Shown here in pieces: positions 11,260 to 22,948 of a stretch of 36,952 bases of DNA. The notes below the pieces were generated by a model. The model did not search any database. It was given only the letters and a program-made list of their open reading frames with translations, and was not told the origin of the DNA. Position 1 is the stretch's first letter, and each line of letters begins with the position of its first letter. The DNA is from Psammoneis japonica. Its lineage: Eukaryota. The translations under genes and the position numbers were made by a program. The DNA lies in contig QPGO01000373.1 of NCBI GenBank assembly GCA_008632985.1, positions 1-36,952 on the forward strand. Direction: 5' to 3'.

Positions 11260-14200
11260 AAGCTGCATTTTTTTCATTGCTGCTTTTTTTGCCACATTTG
11301 CTGAGTGCGCGACACTGCTCTCACTGAAAGCATCACAATGACCTGACATCAACACACTGCATCATCAAACAACAGCGCAAAATGCAACACATCATCTTGT
11401 TCAACAAAGAGCTCCAGGTTGCTTTGGCATTGTTTGCTGCATTAAGTCAGATGGTCTGTTTTGCCTTTGTTTGTGCCCTCATGAGACCATGTGAATCCTG
11501 GCACTGGACTCAGCAAAAATGGAGAATCAAGCACTGGCTTCTGCAGGCACCAGCTCACCGAAGAAACAAAGTTGCCACTTGCCACAAGCAAACAGAATGA
11601 GGTTTGCTCATGTGTGAAAAGCTTTTTAACATGTTCTCAATTCCAGTTGTTGCACTGTTGTCATTGCACCACATTTCACTTCCTGCCTGCTTGAGTGGAA
11701 GTGTCCTCAGACTTTCCCAACAACAGTCTCCTGGAGAGATTTCAGAAATGCATTTCTCCTGTGCTAATCAGGATGTTTTGATTGAGCACACTCATTGCTG
11801 AAGGCAGCAAATGACTGGTTTGTTGCAACTGTCCCTGTCAGCAGCCCTGCAAGCAAAAAAACGGTCTGTCCTCTGCCTTTTGGCATCTGTGTAAAAGTCA
11901 ATTTTTGTTTCCAAAATCGATTGGTTTTTCATTGCACAATGCTTCTTGTGTCTTCTAACATTGTCAGTTGACACAGGCATTTGCCAGGTTTGTGGTTCTG
12001 AGTGTGCCATTGCCGCTGTTGCAAGAAGGGCCTTTTTGTCACTCCAAGAGGACAGACTGGTCGTCAGTGGAATTCCACGTGATCTTTTGCAGCAGCATCA
12101 TGGCAAGTCCACAATGCACACTCTTGTTGAATGACATGGGACCACAAGCTCTCATCCATTGTTGTTTTGCCTTGTCACTGGCATTTTGCATGCAGTCGTG
12201 TGTCACGAATTAGAAATGCACAATGTAAAAATCATCCATCAATGAGGACAATCAATGACAGAAAATCTGTGCAAGTTCTCAAACCGCAGATGCTCTTTAA
12301 AAAAATGGCCATGCGCCGTCTTTGCCCCCAATTGTGCTGTGATGCAGCACTCTTTTGTCCCGCTGTTTTCACAAAGATCTTCACTGACCTTCTGACCAAC
12401 ACCAGCAGATGGGGCAACCATGTGAAACAATGGGAAGCCACTCTTAGAGTGGTTTTGCACACTGTGCCACACACAGTTTGCTCTTCCAAGAGGACAGACT
12501 GGTTTTCACAATGCAAACATTGAAACTTCACTTTTCCACGTGATGACAAGCAGACCATCTTCACCAAGCTAGATGAGCTTGAGAATCACAGAATTGCAGT
12601 TGACTGTGGTTTTGTCAACTCACGCGACATTGACAAAAAAAAGTGTCGGGACAGATTTTGTCTTGCGTCTTGGGTCTGCACTTTGACCGGGGTTGCTCTT
12701 TCTGCGAGCATGAGCCAACTGTTCTTTTCATGGAGAAATGATTGCTGTGTCAAGAAATGAGAAAGAAGGTCTGCTTGACTGGATCTCATGCTCAGGCAGG
12801 GAACACACAAACAACCACTTCTCTCGACAAATGTCATTCATGCTTGGTGGAATGGCAACCTTTGCTGAGGCATGCAGCACAACTCTCCCTTGCAAGTCAC
12901 CTGCGCTGAAGACTGAGATCTACACACCACCCCTCATCTGGTCCAAGAAGGTCTTCATCAAAAAGGAATGTCTGCAGGGCACCATCTGTTTTTTCTGCAA
13001 TGCACGCTGCCTTGCCTGGACAATTCCTCCTCTTGGCATTGGTGAGCTCCTCAAACAGCTTTGTTAAGATTTTGCCTGCCTGTGCCATGGCTGACCTGCA
13101 ACAATTGCACTCTTGTTGCAATCATTTTTTGACTGTTTTCTGCCATTCAAAATGACAGCATGTTGCCTCCAATTCATGTTTCTGAGATGTGAGAGCTCAG
13201 AGCTTCACAAAGAGCATCTCCACAAGCCCCAAACTGAGATTGTGCCAAAGTTTGGCAATCAGGTGCTCAAACTCTGCCTGTGAAGAAGTGCACAGCACTC
13301 AGAAGGAAACCAAAAGTGAAAATCTTGTGTGAGAACAATGGAGCCACTGTGAGTTGGACTGGCAAAAGAAAGCACCTCTTCATCACCACCCACTCGGTGT
13401 TGTTTTTTCTCTCTGTGCCCCTCTTTGCCAAATCATGCAAGAAGTCCACTCACTCTTTCCACATGAGACCTGGCAGAAGAATTGGATGACAGCCAAACTC
13501 TTGAAAACAGATGGGCCAACACGACTGCATTTTTTGTCATGTGCAGAATTTGTGCTGAAAGCCTCACAGACATGTTTCACATGCCCAGAGATGACATGTG
13601 CACCTTGAAATTTGTGACAATTTTTGAAGTTGCAACAGACGCGTTCCAGCCCTAGGTGGGAGCTCGTAGTACTGACGTGTGACACAAATAATTTTTATCA
13701 TCCGTCGTATGTTTCGCACGTACATTTCTACGTGTGATATTTAAAAAAATTGTCCAGACTCGCTGTTTTGCGAAGCCCCAGACATTTTATATAACGAATT
13801 TATAGAAACAATAATGGGCCAGTTACATTCTTCAATGTCTGAAGAATGTAACTGGCTAAGTAAAAAATGTTGTACTTCAATCATGGGCGAGTTTGTGCGT
13901 TCGCAAAATTGCCTCATTTTCTGTTGGCGATCATTGACATTTTAATTACCGTATAATTTTACTGCGGAGCTCGCACGTAGAATTCTACGGGCCCAATGTC
14001 ACACGGATTCCCACCTACGTCTGGAACGCGTCAACAGTCACAGGGGCTTGCATCTGTTCCCATGCCAGGTCACAAACATGGCAATTTCCTGCAGAGCAAC
14101 AGACAAAGAAATCACCTTGGTTCCTTGGGTGTGCACATCGCCAGACTTCACTGATGACATCAAAGCAAGAATCCTCTAACACACGGCAACAGGTGTGGCA

Positions 14201-14640
14201 AGAACAGCAGCCAGCAATGGCTGACTGATGCAACTGCAGCTGCCAGCAAGAAGGTGCAAATCCAAGGCACACTGTGACAGACAGCAGCTGCTGAGACTTG
14301 AGTCATTGCCAACTCAAGCAACCACAGTGCAGTCTCACCTTGCTCTGCAGGTTGGAGTTCCTGCCAGTGCCAATGCTGAGAAACATGAGTTTGGGTCTGT
14401 CACAGCAGAAGAGGTCCGCAGTGCTCTTCAACAGAGGGGCAGACCCAAGTGCGGCTGTCTTGGCTTGTGGCATGTGTCTTTGTGACTCAGCTGTTCTGAG
14501 CAGCAGCTTCATCTCTCTCCTCCGGCCATTGTCAAACTCAGCAGTCAAATTGACTGCCATGATTGCAGCCAGTTGGACAACAACTGAGCTTTAGACTCTC
14601 CAGGGGCCACAAAGCAGCTCAGCCACAAGATTGTAAAAAA
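11260..14640. other. TpA-depleted degenerate coding-like block, interrupted by a MITE
   Basis: Very few TA dinucleotides. The AACA TSD on both sides of the MITE shows the two flanks were contiguous. TCCAAGAGGACAGACTGGT occurs at ~12043 and ~12485. Family not recognised. Confidence 0.35.
13638..14032 (-). mobile_element. MITE copy 1 (395 bp), GACGCGTTCCAG TIR family
   Basis: Ends GACGCGTTCCAG.../...CTGGAACGCGTC with a 4-bp TSD AACA. Opposite orientation to copies 2 and 3. Confidence 0.92.
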
Positions 14641-14649
14641 GAGCAAGAG

Positions 14650-15205
14650 ATCACATGAGGTGTGCCTGGATGTTTTCCATGCAACACCTGCCCACCTCAC
14701 TGCTGCAACGTTTGCTGCCCTCACTTTCACCACACAGAAAAATGGCATCCGCGGCGAAGTCATCAGTTTGGGGCTGTCTGGTCATCCCCACTCATGCCCC
14801 ATCAAAGCTGCCATTTGCCGCATCCTCCACCTTTGCACCCATGGTGTGCTTCCTGACACTCCCCTGTTGGTTTAGTTTCATGCCGGTGCGTGGCACCGAG
14901 TCACTCCGACTGACATCACTGCTGTCCTTTGCACCGCTGTCCTGACCCTTGGCCTGCAACACCTTGGATTTGCTCCTGACCATGTCTTGGCCCATGGCCT
15001 GTGTGTGGCTGGTGCCATGGGGTTGTTGTGCACCCAAGTGGACACGGACATTGTGCGCCTCTTGGGTCGGTGGTGCTCCGACGAAATGCTGCGGCATCAG
15101 CACCTCCAGGCAGAACCGATCATGAGCAATTTTTCACAGCATGTGCTTCAGGGTGGTGCATTCACTCTCCATCCAAGTGCTGATGTCCCTGTTGACCCAC
15201 CGTGA
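14650..15205 (+). pseudogene. C-terminal part of the tyrosine recombinase of a DIRS/Ngaro-type retroelement
   Basis: LTFTTQKNG...CPIKA and HGLCVAGAMGLL...DIVRLLGRWCSDEMLRH are degenerate SLRxGGA and GRWxSxxxxxY boxes. The expected catalytic Tyr reads His (CAT). Confidence 0.85.
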
Positions 15206-18103
15206 TTTTGCTCCACCACCCTGCCAGACGTGCCCACCCTCCCTCCCAAGTCACAGGCCCTCCACTGCGTTTCTGCACTGCATGTGGGTGGCGCTGGCGG
15301 CCTGCCATCCAGCTTGGGTTTGGGAGTGGGGCTTCCCACAGGGCAAGCAAAGCCAACTCCACACCTGCCATTGGATTGGTTTGTCCCACTCACCAGTTTA
15401 GGACACCTCTGCCAAGGACAAATGAGAAAAGCGGTGAGAGCCGCTGTCTTCATGTGATCAGCAAAGAGGGACTCCAAATTCCCTCCCTCGTTGAAAGTGC
15501 TCAAAGTTGCGTTGGCGAGCAAAGGTCATCTTCATTGGTGTTGTTTGTGTTTTTCCTCTCCATCTCATTCTTTGGAGAATGACAACAGCAAGCCGGATCT
15601 AGACAGCCAATTTTGCTGTCGCATCCGACGCAGGACACCTCCGCCACTGTTGTTTTTCTCTTTCTTTCTTGTCGACACAGAACAATGGATCAGCATCCGA
15701 TCAAAAACCAGGTTGGCACACCACCGGCACAACCGGATTTACCGCCACTGCCAACTCATCCGGCACCACCCCAAGCACTGCAGCCGGCCCAGCAACCACC
15801 ACCGGGGGCACCACAACAAGCACCAGTCATCCAAGGTGCCAACGTCGCACCTCCACAGGCAAACCCACCACAGACCATTAAAACATGCGGGGACTGTTGA
15901 AGCACAGCTGGTCTTGACCCCCATCATGGAAACTGCCAGGAACCCATGCAGGACTTTGCCGCAGTTGTCAATGGCCCATCTTGGTGCAACTCGCAAGCGT
16001 TGTGCGGTTGCCTGGCCATGGCATCTGAACATGACGTGCAGCAATTCTGATGCACTGCTGCACGCCGGGAGTGGTTGACGACCCAGGATGCATGCAGATC
16101 TCCCATCAGCTTTCCACATGCCCAATGATGGCAGTGGGACAACCACAACCATGGGACGGTGGCACGCACGGGTTGGTCGGCGACTTGACGATCAACCAAC
16201 ACCAGATTGCTTCATTCCCGCAAACCATTGCCAACTTGGCACCCAACAGCACACATGTGCTCGACGACGCCACCATGTCAGCCGCCATCAACACTGACCC
16301 CGACAGAGTGCACCCGCATGTTGCCGCACAGACAGCTGACACTGTCAAGGTGTGCACGCGCAACTCCATGTTTGTGCCTTTTGCTTGTGTTGACTTGTTC
16401 TTGTTGACGTCTTTGATGCCCAAACAAGCCTTTGTTTGCATTCATGGTGCAGCCACAGCTGCAAACCAAGTTGATGCATGCCGCCCGCTCTTAGATTTCC
16501 CAAAGGTGGCTTGCAATGCCACACAGAACAATCCTGCAGCATCGGCTGTTTTGCAGGAATGGCCTGCATTGCCACAACCACCTGACGCCGTGCTCATTCA
16601 GTGCTTTGATGGAAAGGTTCAACAAGATTCACCAAATTGCCTCGGGCAAGAACCACCGCCGGTGCAGCAATGGCAACCAGTCATCACCGCCATCGACAAC
16701 TTGACTGCAGAGCAGCAACAACAATGCCTTAATGCCCAGGCAAGGCAGCTTGCTGGCACCCGAGGGAAGACTCCGCATGAGGCCCATGGAGAACAAGCCA
16801 CACTCAAGTTGATGCACTTGTGTCACGTGTGCCAAGAGGCCCAGTTGCCGCAAATGTGGACAGATCTGGCAGCCGCCCCCAAGACAGGTCACGTCGCTGC
16901 CATCCAAGGAAGTGTTGACGAGCAGAGGCAGGCACTTGGTGTGCACTTTGAGGTCCCAGTCTCAGTCAACCTTGTGACTAAGTTGCGCCAGATCAACTTC
17001 ACGGGTCACAATCAAAATGACCTCACGCAGGGCGTCAACCCGTTCATTTTTGGACTCACTGTGCCCGCACAAGCTGAGCAAATCGCGTGCAGGAATGCCC
17101 TGTGCCAACAGATCCACGGTGGCAAATCGGCACCTTCTGTTGCGGACACCAAAATGTTAGAAGCGCCCGATGAAGCACGCGTCACCACCACCATGCAGGC
17201 AGCACAGCACTCCCATGATGGGTGCCGCGTGGTCCTTTCTGCCGCTTTGGGACCACAGCATCCAGTCACCACGTGGCTGCTATAGCAGCACCGCACCGTT
17301 GACATCCACGCCAACGAGTTGGCCACACAGATGACCCGGAACCCCATGCTGCCTGCCGACTTGCAACGACATGCGCAATTGGAGCTCATGCAGTGGTTCA
17401 GTGATCAGAGCCGCGTGGACCAGCCCCTGCCTTTTGACGGTCATCCTGTTGCATGCCTGGCAGCCAAGGGAGCACTCTTTTGGCACTGCAACCTGCCCAA
17501 TGAAGTGATGCCACCAAAGACAGTCCCAACTGCAGTTGGCCCAGCAGCACATCCAGGAGCGCCCCAGCAACCAGTCCTTCCATCAGCGACAGCCTCTCGT
17601 CCTGGCGACAACTCCTCAGTGCGCAACGAGCATTTTGACGAGCGCTTCACTGAGATTCAGCAATGCTGTGCCCAAGCCAACGTCACCTTGCCAGTGGACG
17701 CCAATGGAACACCACGCTGCCTCCCCTTTCACATCAAAGGGCAGTGCAATTCCAATTGTGGCAGCCGTGCCTGTCATTGCAGCAGGCACACTCAGGTGGA
17801 GCAAGACACCCTGCTTGCCTGGGCCACCAAACATTGGATGCCCGAGTGGGCAGTCGGCAACGGTCCTAGTTTGGGGACCAGTGACCAGGAGCCTTCATCA
17901 GCTGCACGTCAGCAGTGCGTCTGTTGCCCCAGCAAGCAGAGAGACTGGGGAAACAGCAGCGCCGCCCCACAGCATGTGGACAGGCAATTGCCGAATGAGT
18001 CACAACTGACACATCAGGCAAGCACGTTGTGCGTGATGCTGCAATGTTGCGTCAACACGGACTCAGTCATTCACTTCAACTGCGTCGTGGACAAGGCAAC
18101 TTG

Positions 18104-19471
18104 GACTTGTTCCAGACTTAGGTGGCGCGCTCATGCCCCTTTTCGCACAAAAATCAAACATTTTATGCTTTATTCAAAACTTATATATCTATATATAATG
18201 ATGATATTAATGGCTGATAATTAAAATAATCAGATGAAATCCGAACCAACAACAGTCAAAATGGCCATGGCTTTCAGTGCCCATGACGGCCCGCTTTTTT
18301 CAACCTTGTGGAAAATTCAATGACACGACGAGGACCGCAGTATTTTATATAGTCTGTGTCACCAAAGAATATGATGAAAATGCTTGTTATAGGCTGCAGC
18401 GCAGCACAAGTAGACAAATCTGTCAGCAACAACAAATTTAGCCTCATTTCACTCACAATTTGCCTCTAAGGGCAAATTCTTTTTCTATACCACGTGTATT
18501 TCCTCCGTGTCACCGACTGACGCAAGTATTTCAGTGGTTTATGTCGATGAAGCGATGAAAAAGGGTCCGAAGTCGACGCCATTGCGTTGGCTGAGTTTCA
18601 TTTCTTCTCGTGTCTTCCTAAACTTATTAATCAACGTTTATTATATACATTCCGTTGAGAGTTTCTTGTATTCACGTAATATAACAAAAGATTATTGATG
18701 TATTATTAGAGACTAAATTTATATTTATGAAGATTTAGTTTATATGTTTATATGCACATTTAAACGTTCATAAATCGCTCATCGGAAAACCGAGCTCTCA
18801 TCTTACGGTACCATTTGGCGATCAATAACTCTTTCAATCTTTAGTTTCATATACTGTCCGTTTGGCGATAGCTGCAGACTTTTTTCTTACCGCTCGTCAA
18901 AAAAGTTTGCACAAGATCGGTTCTAGGACAAAATTTCACGCTGAATCGAATGGGCCACCTCGCACCTTCTGAAAATTGAGTCTTGAGTGTCTTTTGAACA
19001 GATCAATTTTTGGGGGGCGCCTTAAGCAAATTTTTTCCCGCCAAAAACACTCAGGGAATTATTTGATCATCTTGAACAAAATGACGGTCTTCGCAAAAAG
19101 TTTCATTCAGGGAGATTTTTCCATCCGACGATGACAATGGCCTGGCAACGCTGTCTCCTTCTCAACCACAAGCCGTTGAGTCTTGCAACTTCGTCGGTCC
19201 ATGCAGGACACTTGTGTGCGTGGACCGATGAAGTTTCAATGTCCAACTCCAGACAGTTGCAAAGCAGATGGCATTGCCGTTTTCAGCTCTGCAGCCATCG
19301 CCAAACGGACAGTACATGGGTGCATGCACAAGACCTTTCTGCATGCACCCACAACAACATGTTTGAAAATCATCATGTTTTAACTGTTGAAAATTGCACC
19401 GCAAGTTTGGACCGCGCGTTTCATGCAAAAAGGGCCATTTTTTCGCGCGTGTGCGCACTCTGGAACAAGTC
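18104..19471. mobile_element. Non-autonomous TIR element (1368 bp) nested in the DIRS pol
   Basis: TIR GACTTGTTCCAGA / TCTGGAACAAGTC with a 4-bp TSD CTTG. Excision restores the reading RRGQGNL-GPM...HHPAHRVL. Confidence 0.9.
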
Positions 19472-19937
19472 CTTGGGCCCCATGTGCCTCACCCGCCAAC
19501 ACCACCCGGCACATCGAGTGCTTCAAGGGTGCAAGCATCACGGTGTCCCCATCACCATTGCCAATGAACCTTGGAGTCAAGCTGAACGTGATGCTGGCGT
19601 CAACAGGGGACCTCACAAATCCGCCTGCGAGTGCATCAAATTTTTGCATGAAGACATGGCAGACTGCATTGACGAGGGATTTTGGACAGTGGTGCCTTGC
19701 AACAAAGTCAAGCACCATCCAGGCTTGTGCATTGGCCCCATTGGAGCAGTGCCAAAACATGGCCACCGTCCACGTCCCACAGTCGACTGCACACTCCATG
19801 GCACCAATGATGCTGCGCAGCCAAATGCACCTGTGGAGGCCATGCAGTTTGGGCAAGCACTTGATCGGCTGCTCCACCTCATGCTGCTGGCCAACCCCAA
19901 ACGGGGCCATGTCAGTCTCATGAAAACAGACATGTTG

Positions 19938-20334
19938 GACGGGTTCCAATCCCAGGTGGGACTCCGTGTGACATTGGGCCCGTAGACTTCTACGTGCGAG
20001 CTCTGTGTTAAAATTGTCAATCAATTAAAATTTGTATGATCGCCAACAGAAAAAGAGGCAATTTTACGAACGTATCTCCTCCTTCACACTCACAGCACAT
20101 GAACAACAGTTTGCATGGGCACATTCTACAGACATTAAAGAACACACCCAGTGTATTTTCATTGTCATAAATGTTGAAAATAGAAAGCCTTTGGCTTCGC
20201 AAAATGGGAAGTATGAAACAATTTCGTAGAATGTCACACGCAGCCATCTACGTGCGAGACATGTGGCGCGATCCAAAAAACTGTTGATGTCACAGTTCAG
20301 CACTACGAGGTCCCACCTAGAGCTGGAACGCGTC
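19938..20334 (+). mobile_element. MITE copy 2 (397 bp)
   Basis: Ends GACGGGTTCCAA.../...CTGGAACGCGTC with TSD GTTG. Excision restores the RT motif KTDML-DGFCR. Confidence 0.92.
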
Positions 20335-20605
20335 GTTGGATGGTTTCTGCCGCATGAACCTCAACTCAGATCGTGCCCCCGTCCTCGCCATTGCATTTCC
20401 CCCAACCTGCCGGGTGAACCCCCATTGGTTGCCATTCCAGCCAAGCTGCCCATGGGCTGGAGGAACTCACCTCTGGTGTTTAGCGCCGCAACAGAAACTG
20501 GCGCCGACCTGCCAACTTGCTCCTGATGTGTGACTGCAAAGCACCACCACACCGCCTGGAACAGTTGGCCATGTCACAGCCCCCACCCCTGCAACCGCCT
20601 TCACC

Positions 20606-20995
20606 GACGCGTTCCAGCCCCAGGTGGGACTCCGTGTGACATTGGGCCCGCAGAATTCTGCGTGCGAGCTCCGCAGCATGAGAATTTAATTGATGGACAT
20701 GTTTGTCTTCAACATCAAATAAACGGCCAAGTTTGTGGCACAATTGTGCCTCTTGCCACTCGATGTTTTTGCAAATGCACCTGCCCCACGCGATTCTAAA
20801 GACATCATAGAATCGCGCTGTAACAAAAAATGTCAAAAGTTGTTGGACGGATCGCTCAACAAGTGCACCGTAAAATGACACAAAATGTTGAAAAAATCAC
20901 GTAGAAATCTACGTGCGCGACATACAACGTGATTCAAAAAACTGTCGATGTCACAGTTCAGTGGCACAAGGTCCCACCTAGACCTGGAACGCGTC
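20606..20995 (+). mobile_element. MITE copy 3 (390 bp)
   Basis: Ends GACGCGTTCCAG.../...CTGGAACGCGTC with TSD CACC. Confidence 0.92.
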
Positions 20996-22418
20996 CACCG
21001 GCCACACCACTGGAAATCACCGTCCCTGTGCCCATGACACCAGACCCCCATCTCCGGCATGACTGACGCCGGTGTCTGGCACATGTGGAGATTTATGTTG
21101 ACGACTGCATCGGCACCGCCCAGGGTTCCCATGCTGCCCAATGGAGTGCACACCGAACCCTCCTTGCTGCAATCGATGACATCTTCCACCCGTTGGACAA
21201 CAATGACTCGCCCCCATGCACAGAACCAGTGTCAGTCTGGAAGCTCCAGAAAGGTGATGCGTCATGGTCCACCCAACGTGAAGTTCCAGGTTGGCTCATT
21301 GACACAAAAGCAATGACCGTCCGCCTTGCCACTCGCTGCCTGGCCTGTTTGTGCAAAATGCTGCACCAGGATTTTCCCCGCACCAGACAACGAGCTGCCA
21401 CCACCGACCATCACAAACTCCTTGGCGAACTCCGCTCCCCATCCATGGCTGTCCCTGGATCACGGGGCCTGTTCTCCAAGCTGCAGGAAGCTCTCCGACA
21501 TGCCCTCCCCGATGCCCGTGTGTGTCCAACGCCCAATGCACACGACATCTTGGATGATTTTCATGATCTCGCCAACCACGTCAAAATCTGACCCGTTTGC
21601 ATCCAAGAACTGGTGCCACTCACACCCACTGCACATGGCTGTCATGACGCTGCCGGTCACGGGGCCAGCGGCATCATGCTTCCTGCAGCCACCACCATCC
21701 CTTGCCACGCTAAACTCAAATGCTTGCCACATGGCCACTGTCGACACCAACTTGACCTTGGTCCCATGGTTTGGTGCATGCCCTTTCCAATGGATGTCAC
21801 GGACGATCTTGCTGTGTGCGAAAATCCCACCGGTTCCATCACCAACATTGACCTCGAACTGGGAGGCAGCATCGTCCACACCTGTGCTGTGTCAGACTGT
21901 TTCGACGTCCATGAACAGACCAACTTACAGTGCACTGACAACCTTGGTGCAATGTTTTGGCAGCGCAAGGGGTCATCCACCACTGCAAAACCCTGCTCCA
22001 AACTCCTCAAGCACACCACCTGTCATCAATGCAAACACCGCCACGTCTCGCTGCACAATTTCCTTGATGCCCCCCTCAACACCACCGCCGCCGATGCATC
22101 ACGTTTGCAATCACTCACCAATTCCGCCTTTTTGCACCACTTTGACACATTTTATCTGCAGACCAAGTCCTGGCGCTTGTGGACCCCGCCACCAGAGCTG
22201 CACTCCTTTGTGATCTCAGCTCTGCACAACAAGCGGTGGCCTTCACCGTTGCCCCTTCCTGATCCACCATGTACGACACCCATTGGGACAAGTGGGCTGA
22301 CTTCTGCGGCAAGCTGGCCATCAACCCACTGCTCCAAGAGATTGACAACCCCGTCCTTTTCCTCCAGGTCTTCATGCACCACTGCCAAACCGGCTGAATC
22401 ACCCCACGTGGCAATCCC

Positions 22419-22527
22419 GTCCATGCACGCACCACTGAAGATGCCGTGTGGACGATTGGCCAAACGTTTTCTGTCCATGCACGCACCACTGAAGATGCCG
22501 TGTGGACGATTGGCCAAACGTTTTCTG
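22419..22527 (+). repeat. Perfect 54-bp tandem duplication within the YR N-terminus
   Basis: GTCCATGCACGCACCACTGAAGATGCCGTGTGGACGATTGGCCAAACGTTTTCT occurs twice, at 22419 and 22473. Confidence 0.95.
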
Positions 22528-22531
22528 CAAT

Positions 22532-22948
22532 GGGACTGTTTCAGCACAGCCAATCTTGACCCCCATCATGGAAACTGCCAGGAACCCATGCAGGACTTTG
22601 CCACAGTCGTCAATGGTCCATCTTGGTGCAACTCGCAAGCGTTGTGCGGTTGCCTGGCCATGGCATCTGAACATGACGTGCAGCAATTCTGATGCACTGC
22701 TGCACGCCGGGAGTGGTTGACGACCCAGGATGCATGCAGATCTCCCATCAGCTTTCCACATGCCCAATGATGGCAGTGGGACAACCACAACCATGGGACG
22801 GTGGCACGCACGGGTTGGTCGGCAACTTGACGATCAACCAACACCAGATTGCTTCATTCCCGCAAACCATTGCTAACTTGGCACCCAACAGCACACATGT
22901 GCTCGACGACGCCACCATGTCAGCTGCCATCAACACTGACCCTGACAG
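22532..22948 (+). repeat. Duplicate of the DIRS gag segment ~15891-16305
   Basis: Near-identical sequence and near-identical predicted ORFs in both places. Confidence 0.93.

Noticed and set aside
13638..20995. MITEs as introner-like spliceable elements
   Set aside because: No consistent GT..AG at or next to the termini across copies.
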